From Planctomycetaceae bacterium (lineage in GTDB: Bacteria; Planctomycetota; Planctomycetia; Pirellulales; UBA1268): a stretch of DNA of 42,615 nucleotides. The stretch's first letter is position 1. Each line of letters starts with the position of its first letter. The notes below the pieces were generated by a model, which worked only from the letters and a program-made list of their open reading frames with translations, did not search any database and was not told where the DNA came from. Below are positions 24,234 through 32,928 of this stretch, one piece after another. A program made the translations under genes and the position numbers. Location of the stretch: contig JABHNP010000304.1 in assembly GCA_018694455.1 (NCBI GenBank), forward strand, positions 1 to 42,615, read 5' to 3'.

Positions 24234-24401
24234 ATGTCATCGCGAAAAGAAGATGAACTAGACGTTTTTGAGATGTTTTATGCGTCCGTCGGTCCTTCGT
24301 TGTGGGACCATCTGCGGCAGCCTACAGACGATGATGCTCCGGTCGAGCTGGTCCAGGAAGTCTTAGAAGAAGAGGGTTTGCAAGCAGACTTCATTGAGTA
24401 A
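24234..24401 (+). CDS. Small acidic hypothetical protein (55 aa)
   Basis: The in-frame ATG at 24234 within track ORF 24153-24401 gives MSSRKEDELDVFEMFYASVGPSLWDHLRQPTDDDAPVELVQEVLEEEGLQADFIE. No family is recognised and no clear RBS is present. It could be non-coding. Confidence 0.25.
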   Translation: MSSRKEDELDVFEMFYASVGPSLWDHLRQPTDDDAPVELVQEVLEEEGLQADFIE

Positions 24402-24412
24402 AGCAAAAGGCA

Positions 24413-25672
24413 CTAGAGCTTTGAAATCTTGAGGCAGAAAAGTCTGCTTTGTGTTCTGACGACCAGAAATCCTTCAGCAACAGCTGGAGTTGCTCGACAT
24501 TCTTCGTCTACGTCACGTCTTCCTAGAACCTGAAATTCCTCACCATCAACAAGAGTCACCATTTCTCCGTCACTGGAGATATTAAGGATCTCATCTCCAA
24601 TCAGTATTGGAGATGATGAAAAGTTGCCACCAACACGTTCCTTCCATATGATGTCTCCGCGTGCCGCGTGGATACATGTTACGACGCCTTTGTCTCCCCA
24701 GAGATAGAGTCGGCCGTTGGAAAAAAGAGGCGTTGGGACATACGGTGCTGTGCTGCGAGGTATCTCATATACAATTTCGCTGGCGTCATCTTTTGTTGCG
24801 GGAGGTTTGAGGGCAACAAGAAGATTGCTTCCACCCCCTCCACTGCCACAGGTGCCTATCAGCAGATTTCCTGCGCAGACAGGTGAGCTAACGGTTCGTA
24901 GAGGAAAGCATTTATTTTCCCAGAGGACAGTCCCAGTTTGGGGGTTGATCGCATACAGGCCATGCGCTTTACTCGTACAGATAACTTGTGCTTCACTTCC
25001 TGTATGAGCCAGAACAAGTGGTGTTGAGTACGCTGCTTTGTCGGCACCGTCACGTGCGAGTCTCCAGCGAGTCTTTCCTGTTTTTGTATCGATTCCAACA
25101 ACAGTTCCCTCGGTGTCTTGCTCAAGTTGAACAATAAGAGTGTCCTTCCAGATGACCGGTGAGCTGCCGAATCCATGGTGTCCAATGAATGGCCCAAGAT
25201 CAATGCCCCAACGACGAGTCCCGTCATGGGTCAGTGCCTCAAGCCGAACATTCTCACTTGTTCCCCAAAGCCAATAGATCCCGTCGCTGTTAACTGTCAC
25301 ACTACCTGATGCGGAACTGTTTTGTTTGTGATGACGCTCAATATTTCCTGGAAAATCTTGTTGCCACAGTAGTTTGCCGGTGTGAAGTTCATGACACAAA
25401 AGATGTCGTACCTTCTGCTCTTCGTTGGCAGAGGTCAGAAACACTTTTCCGTCCCAGATAATTGGCGAGGAATGTCCGATGCCCGAAATATCCGCCTGCC
25501 ACGTCCACTCATCATTTGTCCATGACGAGGGAAGCACCTCCGTAGATGCGTAGCCAGCTCCCTTTGATCCACGAAATCGAGGCCACTGATCATGAGTATC
25601 AGCATGAAGTGCAGCACTGTGCCCAACTGCTATCCAGAGCATGAGGAATAAAGAAAAGGGGTGCAGCTTCAT
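24413..25672 (-). CDS. PQQ-like (BamB-like) beta-propeller repeat protein, exported
   Basis: Likely start is ATG 25672 (MKLHPFSLFLMLWIAVGHSAALHA). WPRFRGSKGAGY follows the signal, so this is a paralogue of 12592-13884. The track ORF extends to 25738. Confidence 0.85.
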   Translation of the reverse strand: MKLHPFSLFLMLWIAVGHSAALHADTHDQWPRFRGSKGAGYASTEVLPSSWTNDEWTWQADISGIGHSSPIIWDGKVFLTSANEEQKVRHLLCHELHTGKLLWQQDFPGNIERHHKQNSSASGSVTVNSDGIYWLWGTSENVRLEALTHDGTRRWGIDLGPFIGHHGFGSSPVIWKDTLIVQLEQDTEGTVVGIDTKTGKTRWRLARDGADKAAYSTPLVLAHTGSEAQVICTSKAHGLYAINPQTGTVLWENKCFPLRTVSSPVCAGNLLIGTCGSGGGGSNLLVALKPPATKDDASEIVYEIPRSTAPYVPTPLFSNGRLYLWGDKGVVTCIHAARGDIIWKERVGGNFSSSPILIGDEILNISSDGEMVTLVDGEEFQVLGRRDVDEECRATPAVAEGFLVVRTQSRLFCLKISKL

Positions 25673-25750
25673 AAGGGCAAGGCCTCTTGTTTTAAACTCA
25701 ATGCAACAATGTGCAGAAGACGAATGGGCACAACGCATATAACCACAACA

Positions 25751-27331
25751 TTATCGAGCGATGGGTCGTGTTCGTCCATCGTCGATCGCTTTTTGAAGTT
25801 GTGCTGTGAGAGTTTGTGCCTGATCGGTTGCTGTCTTGTAGACGTTATTTTTTTCTCCCGGATCAGTTTCGAGATTGAATAGCTGGTATTTCGGGACGTT
25901 CGTATTTGCAAGTTCCCGCTCAACGACGACATTGCGTGCTTTACCACGTTCGTGTCGTAGTAATTTCCATTTTCCAACGCGTAGTCCATAGTTTCCGTTG
26001 CTCCCATTGTCCTGCTGGATGAGGTGATCTCGTCCCTTCGCGCCTTCTTTGCCAACTAAGGCATCACTCACATCGATACTATCGAGGCAGGCATCATTAT
26101 GGATGTGATGATTCACAAGGTGGTTGAGGCTCGTCGCAAGATCAATGGTGCACACCAATTCGTCTGACACGCCTGGGCTAATAGTGCCCGGCCAGCATGT
26201 AATAAACGGCGTCCTCGTTCCTCCTTCATAAATGCTGTATTTGCCTCCTGAATAAGGGCCAGCCGCATGGTGGGCTCCATTTTTCTCAATGGCCTGGTCT
26301 TTGTAGCCATCATCGAGGACCGGGCCATTATCGCTACAAAACACAATAAGCGTGTCGTTTGTAAGCCCTTCTTCTGCCAGTGTTTTTGTTAATTCACCAA
26401 CGCACCAGTCAAGCTCAAGAACGGCGTCACCTCGTGGCCCAAGTTGTGACGTTCCCTGAAATCGCTCGTGGACAATTCGAGGAACATGGCATTCGTGTGC
26501 GGCAAAAAATAGGAAGAAGGGCTGGTTCTTTGGTCGTTCTTTTCGAATGAATTTCTTGCTTTGCTTGACCCAGGTATCTGCAAGGTCTTCATCACGAAAT
26601 CGTGCAGCGTGTCCACCTGTATAGAAACCAATGCGGCTAATCCCGTTGTGAATCGTCTGGTTGTGGCCGTGCGACCAATCCATTTTGAGCGTATCGCGTG
26701 CAGATGCGCCTGTTGGTAAATCTGGTGATGGATTTTTTTTACCAACCCACAGCGGATCACTGGGATCGAGGTTCTTCACATGATGGTCTTCAACAAAAAC
26801 TTGTGGTACGCGATCGTTTGTTGTCGGAAGAAGAAAGCATGTGTCAAAGCCGATCTCCAGAGGCCCCGGGTTGAGTTCACCGTTCCAATCGGGACCATTT
26901 GGTCCGCCTAGGCCAAGATGCCATTTGCCAACAACGGCAGTGTTGTAGCCAGCATCACGCAGTAATGAAGCAATCGTTGCTGTTCCTGGTTGTATGATCG
27001 CTGGAGCCGTCGGAGCTGCAATCCCTGTCCCTTTTTTACGAAAGGCATAGTTTCCGGTTAAGAACGAGTACCGAGTGGGTGTGCACGTTGAAGCTGAACA
27101 GTATCCGCTGGTGAATCGAAGACCTTGTTCAGCAAGAGCATCAATATTCGGTGTTGTGATTGCTGTTGCCCCATTGCAGGAGACATCGCCATAGCCAACA
27201 TCATCGCCCATGATCACAATAATATTTGGAGTTGCTGCAGTTTCGACAGCGTGTGTGTGGGCTGTGGTGAACACTGCGAGTAGTGCCACCAAACAGAGTG
27301 ATACAGTGAAAGGGGATACAAATGATTTCAT
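25751..27331 (-). CDS. Cys-type sulfatase (family S1)
   Basis: Likely start is ATG 27331 (MKSFVSPFTVSLCLVALLAVFTTAHTHA). The track extends to 27460. Motifs: TPNIIVIMGDDVGYGD and the formylglycine motif C-T-P-T-R in SASTCTPTRYSFLTGNY. Confidence 0.93.
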   Translation of the reverse strand: MKSFVSPFTVSLCLVALLAVFTTAHTHAVETAATPNIIVIMGDDVGYGDVSCNGATAITTPNIDALAEQGLRFTSGYCSASTCTPTRYSFLTGNYAFRKKGTGIAAPTAPAIIQPGTATIASLLRDAGYNTAVVGKWHLGLGGPNGPDWNGELNPGPLEIGFDTCFLLPTTNDRVPQVFVEDHHVKNLDPSDPLWVGKKNPSPDLPTGASARDTLKMDWSHGHNQTIHNGISRIGFYTGGHAARFRDEDLADTWVKQSKKFIRKERPKNQPFFLFFAAHECHVPRIVHERFQGTSQLGPRGDAVLELDWCVGELTKTLAEEGLTNDTLIVFCSDNGPVLDDGYKDQAIEKNGAHHAAGPYSGGKYSIYEGGTRTPFITCWPGTISPGVSDELVCTIDLATSLNHLVNHHIHNDACLDSIDVSDALVGKEGAKGRDHLIQQDNGSNGNYGLRVGKWKLLRHERGKARNVVVERELANTNVPKYQLFNLETDPGEKNNVYKTATDQAQTLTAQLQKAIDDGRTRPIAR

Positions 27332-27482
27332 TGATTTATCCTTACCTAAGACAACATATGGGAACTCGCAGTATCTTACATGTGATCTACCCAGTCTACA
27401 CGAGATAGTTTCAGTACCGGATTTTACAAACGGTTTCTTGACGAAATAAAGCATCAACACGACTCTGTAAAAGGGGCGTCAT

Positions 27483-30400
27483 TCATGGTGCCTTATAGAT
27501 TTTTTTCTGAATTAAGCCGGTGTAGGTCGGATCGATACATTCGGCTGTCGAGGCGTCGAGTTCTTCCTTCAGCTGAGCTACCGTCTTGGTCTTTTGAGAC
27601 ACCACGTTTTTTGTTTCACCAAGGTTATTAGCCATGATGGCGGCACGTTTAGGTGTTCGTTTTGTTTCCTGTGTTCTTGAGACCATTGTTGCTGGAAGTT
27701 TTTTTGCCGAAGTAGTAGTTGCGGCTTTGGTTTCTGAGGGAAAGTCTTCAAGAAGCTTTTCAAGGGCATGAATGGGTGAGGACGGTTTTGCATGGCGAAC
27801 GGCGGCTTTTTTGTTTGCCACATGGCTGACGATATCAACAAAGGGAACATGTGATCGGCCGGTTACGTCAACAAGCCCAACCTGATGGTTTTCACGATCT
27901 CGCCTGCCGCCAGCAGATTGATCGTTCCATTGAAACCAGTGCACGCCGACAAACTTTGGGTTTGCAAGAGCCGAAGCAAGATAGCGGGCGTATGCGAGGC
28001 CCCTCTGCCGCTGGTCCCATGCAGAGGAAAGACCAGGGCTTGGCACACCGCGATCTGCTGCTCCAATATGAAACTCACTTGCGATGATCGGGATCTCAGC
28101 ATTATCGGGAACCTGCCATGATCGAACCTCATTGTCGTACACATTGACAGAAAACACGTCTGCGTGCCCAACAGCTGCACGGCCAAGAACATTTGGACCA
28201 CGATGGCAGCGGCATCCAAGAAAAAGTGTGCCAGGGAGTGTCTTTTCAATGGCTTCTTTCGATTTTTTGAAAAACGCTTGGGCGAACTCAAAATAAAGAG
28301 GATCTATGTCTTTTGCTGCAGATGCACGATATGTGGTGTCACCATGTTGAAGAATCTGGTCCCAGTTAGAAAAAGATGCGCTCCAGGCCTCGTTCAGTTG
28401 ATTGAGTGAAGCGTATTTCTGACGGATCTGCCTTAGAACCCATTCTTTTGTTGTATCACCGTCTGGAAGTTCGAAAACAAGCTGAGAAAAACGATCCGGC
28501 CATTCAAATTCATTTCCGATAAAAATGCCAAGGCAGTAAGGGTCATCTTTTGCCCAGGAAGATTGTTTGAGTGCTTTGCATAAGTCGTTGACATAGTCGT
28601 CCCGAAATGGTGAAGGAGTTTTTTTTCCTGTAAGCCACCAGATAGAGGCGAGGAGCGTATAGGGCGTTTTTCTGTCTTTTCGGATGTCGGTACTACTCCA
28701 AGCAGCCAGCGTGTTGAGCCCCCACATTTTCATTCGATCATGAATTCCATCTCGGCTCCTTTTTTGCCAGCGGTTCCCCAAGCCGTAAAATGCGTTCAGG
28801 GCAGGAAAGTTGACGTAATTTTTGTCTCCTCGTTTAAGCATCGAGAGCCAATAGGAAGGAGCGTCTTTGGTTGGTAGGCGTTCAAAGTAATGCTCCTTAA
28901 TTCGAGTCGCAGTGACAGGTGTCATTGCTTCCGTGCCAGCAAGACATGCGCCTGTAGAAAAAAAGAGATATCCTTCCGGGTCAACAAGCCACCACTGACT
29001 GCCAACTTTTTCGGTACGGAATCTTCCAGTGGATTCGAGGTGGGGGCCATTTTTCCAGCCACCATATGTGCTGGTGTTTTGTGTGTGACCATTTGCTGCT
29101 TTGGAAAGTTCTTCGGGAAGTTCCTTTTGAAGCTGTTCACGGGAGTGAAGTTTCCCAGGCCACTCGACAGCCCGGACCTGCCCGAACTGATCAAGGTACG
29201 GAAGTTCGTGGAGTAGACGGTCCCGTTGGGGAGTTGCTTCCCACGCTGCAAAAATATCTGAAATTTCAAGGTCGACACGATCATTTGATGAGTCGATATC
29301 AAGAACAATGCTAACAATGTCAGCCGGGAAAAATTGTCGCCAGTGATGTCGGTGTCCATTTGGCTTGCCGAGTTGGTCTTTGAAAATATCCGGTCCGTCA
29401 TATTGAGGTGCTGTTATCGGAAAGACAAAGCCGACAGTTGCATGTTCATCGTGAAGGGCCACTGCAGAACCAACGCAGTGACGGCCCCATCCGAGAGGTT
29501 TGCTGTTATTGAGTCGAGCTGAGATGGTTGTGACTCCGGGGTTCTTGTTGCAGACGGGCAGGCCGAGTAACCGGTACGATGATGCATTCCACGGAGTATT
29601 GTTTTTCGGTGTAAACGAAATGGTGAAAGGAGCTTTGCCCTGAATACGCCACGTGTCTGGCCCCCTTGCTTCGACACGGACATCCTCTGGGATGTTTATG
29701 GGCTTCATCTTGAAAGTGCAAACAGGTTGAAAGAGTTCTTCTGAAGATGTTTTTCTGTCCAAAGATACTTTTCTGTGCTCAGTCGTGTTGTGATCCGGAA
29801 TTGGTTTATGCACAGTCTGGAAAATTGGTGTGCTGCGTTCACTATCAAGGATGGAGGCCAGACCACTCAGCATCATTGCAACGCGCTGCTTTTGATCCCC
29901 GCTTTCAATGAGGTCGTGCTTTTCCGCCAGATCCTCATGTAGATTAAAGAGATGAAGTGGCTTTTTTTCTTTGGTGGTAATGAGCTTCCATTGATTTTTC
30001 CGGAAAGCTTTTGCCAGTTTTTGTCCCCAGCCATCTCCATCATTCGCCTGGATGAGAAGTTCGTGTCGAAGCCGAGAGGAATCCTGCTGCAGAAGTGCTG
30101 GTAAGAAAGACTGGCTATCAAGCCCATCATGCTTTGGGTCGAGTGTTTGCCCCGTCAACTCAGCAAGCGTCGCGAAAATATCCTGGAGTCCGACAAGTGC
30201 AGATGAGGTTACCGCTTGTGCAATCGTCGAACCAGGCTGTGTTCCATCTCCCCATCGAGCAATGAGTGGAACTCTGTGACCACCTTCCCAGACTGTGGCT
30301 TTGCTTCCGCGAAGCGGTGCATTCGAGTTGTGATCAAGCCGGTGGTTTCCCGGCTTTCCTCGTGCAAGGCCGCCGTTGTCACTGGCAAATAGAATCAGCG

Positions 30401-31325
30401 TGTTTTTGAGGAGTCCGTGTGTTTTGAGGTGATCGACAAGTATTCCAAGTTGAATGTCTGCTTCATAAATCATATCGAGATGCGCGTCTCCAGCGGCACC
30501 TTTGATGTCTTTTCCTGCTAGCGTTTTTGGTGGTGTGTGAGGAACATGACATGATTCCGTGCAGTAGTGCATGAAAAACGGCGTGTCGACGTGATCTTTT
30601 ACATGACGGTCAATGAAAGCCGTTGCCTCACTAATTAATTGTGGTCCCGCTTCAGATGAATTCCAGTGTTTGAATCCAAATCCTTTGGTTGGAATTTCAG
30701 ACGATCCATAAATACCAGGTTCCCATTCAATGAGGTCTTCTGGGGCACCATCAAGCATGCCGTTCCGGAAGGCAATGTAGGGCGACCCCTGGATCCCCTG
30801 CGGCAGGCTGTAGGTGAAATCAAACCCCAAGTCGGATGGGCCATCTTTCCATTTTCGGCTGAAGTCAATGTCATGAAAATCAAACTTCCAAGTGACTGGT
30901 TTTCTGGTTGTTTTGCTGTACACCGTGCCACCAAGATGCACTTTGCCAAGAAATGCCGTGTGGTAGCCAGCGTGCTTCATGAGCTGACCGAGTGTTGTTT
31001 GGCCGTCAAGGATTTGGGATCGCTGATGGAACATCCACGTGCCATTTTCGAGCCGGCCCCGCCATGGATAGTTTCCTGTCATCACACTGTATCGAGATGG
31101 TGCACAAACTGCCGAAGGGCTGTGCGCATCTGTAAATCGAATGCCGTTGGCACAGAGGCTCTCAATGTTCGGTAATGTCACTTTACTTTCCGGGTTGTAT
31201 GCGCGGCAGTCGCCATATCCCATGTCATCCATGAAGAAAATGATGACGTTTGGTTTTTCATGAGAAGTCGCAGCAAATACGTTAGGAGTTGCTGATAACA
31301 GAAGAAGAAGTGCGACGAACCGCAT
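27483..31325 (-). CDS. Fusion protein: N-terminal Cys-type sulfatase + beta-sandwich linker + C-terminal clan GH-A (beta/alpha)8 glycoside hydrolase (GH50/GH42-like) + basic tail
   Basis: ATG 31325 (MRFVALLLLLSATPNVFA); the track uses TTG 31340. Residue numbers in this entry and in the findings count from TTG 31340 (subtract 5 for numbering from the ATG). Sulfatase part, aa ~29-500: KPNVIIFFMDDMGYGD and C-A-P-S-R (Cys codon 31104-31106). GH part, aa ~770-1175: WWLVDPEGYLFFSTG, an acid/base-like FIGNEFEW (E at 28509-28511), LNQLNEAWSASFSNWDQI, a nucleophile-like IIASEFHIG (E at 28074-28076), and HWFQWNDQSAGGRRDRENHQVGLVD. The GH family assignment is from memory of motif patterns, not from a search. 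Confidence 0.85.
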   Translation of the reverse strand: MRFVALLLLLSATPNVFAATSHEKPNVIIFFMDDMGYGDCRAYNPESKVTLPNIESLCANGIRFTDAHSPSAVCAPSRYSVMTGNYPWRGRLENGTWMFHQRSQILDGQTTLGQLMKHAGYHTAFLGKVHLGGTVYSKTTRKPVTWKFDFHDIDFSRKWKDGPSDLGFDFTYSLPQGIQGSPYIAFRNGMLDGAPEDLIEWEPGIYGSSEIPTKGFGFKHWNSSEAGPQLISEATAFIDRHVKDHVDTPFFMHYCTESCHVPHTPPKTLAGKDIKGAAGDAHLDMIYEADIQLGILVDHLKTHGLLKNTLILFASDNGGLARGKPGNHRLDHNSNAPLRGSKATVWEGGHRVPLIARWGDGTQPGSTIAQAVTSSALVGLQDIFATLAELTGQTLDPKHDGLDSQSFLPALLQQDSSRLRHELLIQANDGDGWGQKLAKAFRKNQWKLITTKEKKPLHLFNLHEDLAEKHDLIESGDQKQRVAMMLSGLASILDSERSTPIFQTVHKPIPDHNTTEHRKVSLDRKTSSEELFQPVCTFKMKPINIPEDVRVEARGPDTWRIQGKAPFTISFTPKNNTPWNASSYRLLGLPVCNKNPGVTTISARLNNSKPLGWGRHCVGSAVALHDEHATVGFVFPITAPQYDGPDIFKDQLGKPNGHRHHWRQFFPADIVSIVLDIDSSNDRVDLEISDIFAAWEATPQRDRLLHELPYLDQFGQVRAVEWPGKLHSREQLQKELPEELSKAANGHTQNTSTYGGWKNGPHLESTGRFRTEKVGSQWWLVDPEGYLFFSTGACLAGTEAMTPVTATRIKEHYFERLPTKDAPSYWLSMLKRGDKNYVNFPALNAFYGLGNRWQKRSRDGIHDRMKMWGLNTLAAWSSTDIRKDRKTPYTLLASIWWLTGKKTPSPFRDDYVNDLCKALKQSSWAKDDPYCLGIFIGNEFEWPDRFSQLVFELPDGDTTKEWVLRQIRQKYASLNQLNEAWSASFSNWDQILQHGDTTYRASAAKDIDPLYFEFAQAFFKKSKEAIEKTLPGTLFLGCRCHRGPNVLGRAAVGHADVFSVNVYDNEVRSWQVPDNAEIPIIASEFHIGAADRGVPSPGLSSAWDQRQRGLAYARYLASALANPKFVGVHWFQWNDQSAGGRRDRENHQVGLVDVTGRSHVPFVDIVSHVANKKAAVRHAKPSSPIHALEKLLEDFPSETKAATTTSAKKLPATMVSRTQETKRTPKRAAIMANNLGETKNVVSQKTKTVAQLKEELDASTAECIDPTYTGLIQKKIYKAP

Positions 31326-31419
31326 TACAGAATTCCCCAAAGAAAAGTGAAAGGATCAAATCGTCTGTTGGCTTCTTGGAAAGCAGACGAAATTGAGAAT
31401 AGGCAATTTTGAGAATAGG

Positions 31420-32922
31420 CTAGGCTATCAGGTCGCGGAGCACATGCCCATGAACGTTCGTAAGACGTCTTTCTAATCCATTGTGATAGAAGGTAAGCCG
31501 TTCGTGATCGAGGCCCATGAGATGGAGTAGTGTGGCGTTGAAGTCATAGACTGATGCGGGGTTCTCCGCAGCCTTAAAGCCAAACTCATCACTTGTCCCA
31601 TAGCTGGTCGCTCGTTTCACACCTGCTCCAGTAAGAAAGCACGTGAATGCATCCGGGTTGTGGTCACGCCCTGTTCCATTGGCCTGAAGGAACGGCATTC
31701 GGCCAAACTCTGTCGCCCAAACGACAAGTGTGTGGTCAAGCATGCCCCGCTCCCGTAGGTCAGCCAGTAACGCGGCTGTTGGCTGATCCATAATCTCGGC
31801 CTGCATCGCGTGGGTTTTCAGAATGTTCTGGTGGGAGTCCCAGTTTGTAATGCCATTTCCACCAGAAGGATCACTGCCATTGAAAAGCTGGACAACCCGT
31901 ACGCCACGTTCAAGGAGTCGCCGGGCAAGAATACAATTCTGTGCATATGAGCCTCGTAGCTCACTTCCACCTTCAACGCCATACGACGCGAGTGTTGCTG
32001 CGGATTCTCCAGCGAGATTCATGACGTCTGGAATAGACATTTGCATGCGACCGGCAAGCTCGTAGCTGGCGATTCGTCCAGCAAGATCGGCATCACCAGG
32101 GTATTGCTCGAGATGATGTGCATTGAGTCGCTGAATAATATCACGCGTCGTCGCATCATCTTTCCCCGTAAGTTGTTCTGGACGGCCGAGGTTTTTGGGG
32201 GGGCTTGTAGCACTAAAGTCCGTGCCCTGAAACGCTGCTGGTAGAAAACCATTTCCAAAGTTGTTTTTTCCACTGCGTGCGAGTCCGCGAGGATCATTTA
32301 TGGCAACAAACGCTGGCAGGTTCTCGTTTTCGGTGCCGAGGGCATAGGTTGTCCATGCACCGAAAGACGGAAAACCCTCCATTGTAAATCCAGTGTTCAT
32401 GAAGTTCTCACCTTGAGGGTGAGCACTTGACTCGGTATGGAGAGAGTGAACGAAACAGAGTTCGTCAGTCTGTTTGGCTAAATTGGGAAGAAGGTCAGAA
32501 ACCATCTTGCCGGTTTCTCCACGTGGACGAAACTTCCAAAAGGGCTTTGCAATGTTTCCGGTTGGCCCTTCAAATGTCACATCTGGAATTCCAGGTGGCT
32601 TCTTGCCGTGAAACTTTTCGAGGGCGGGTTTGTAGTCAAAGGTGTCAACATGACTGACAGCACCAGGACAATAGATAACAAGGACTTGTTTTGCAGGCAT
32701 TGTGAAGTGAGGTTGGCGTGCTGCATATGGATCGTTGGGATCGATCTTTGGGCGAATAGGTTCTTTTCCGCCCGCAGTACGGACCGTCTCAGCCAGAAGA
32801 CCATCCCCTTGTAGCATCTGGAGAAGTGCGAGGCTGGAGGTGGAGAGCCCAGCCGTTTTGAGAAATGAGCGGCGGTCCAGGAAATGTCGACCCTGCGGCA
32901 ACAGGTGTTCAGCGTTGTTCAT
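31420..32922 (-). CDS. DUF1501 protein, Tat signal
   Basis: Motifs: LDRRSFLKTAGLSTSSLALL (twin-arginine), VIYCPGAVSHVDTFDYKP, and ATEFGRMP...GTGRDHNPDAFTCFLTGAG. The gene starts 6 nt after the upstream PSD1 stop. Confidence 0.92.
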   Translation of the reverse strand: MNNAEHLLPQGRHFLDRRSFLKTAGLSTSSLALLQMLQGDGLLAETVRTAGGKEPIRPKIDPNDPYAARQPHFTMPAKQVLVIYCPGAVSHVDTFDYKPALEKFHGKKPPGIPDVTFEGPTGNIAKPFWKFRPRGETGKMVSDLLPNLAKQTDELCFVHSLHTESSAHPQGENFMNTGFTMEGFPSFGAWTTYALGTENENLPAFVAINDPRGLARSGKNNFGNGFLPAAFQGTDFSATSPPKNLGRPEQLTGKDDATTRDIIQRLNAHHLEQYPGDADLAGRIASYELAGRMQMSIPDVMNLAGESAATLASYGVEGGSELRGSYAQNCILARRLLERGVRVVQLFNGSDPSGGNGITNWDSHQNILKTHAMQAEIMDQPTAALLADLRERGMLDHTLVVWATEFGRMPFLQANGTGRDHNPDAFTCFLTGAGVKRATSYGTSDEFGFKAAENPASVYDFNATLLHLMGLDHERLTFYHNGLERRLTNVHGHVLRDLIA

Positions 32923-32928
32923 GATGGC

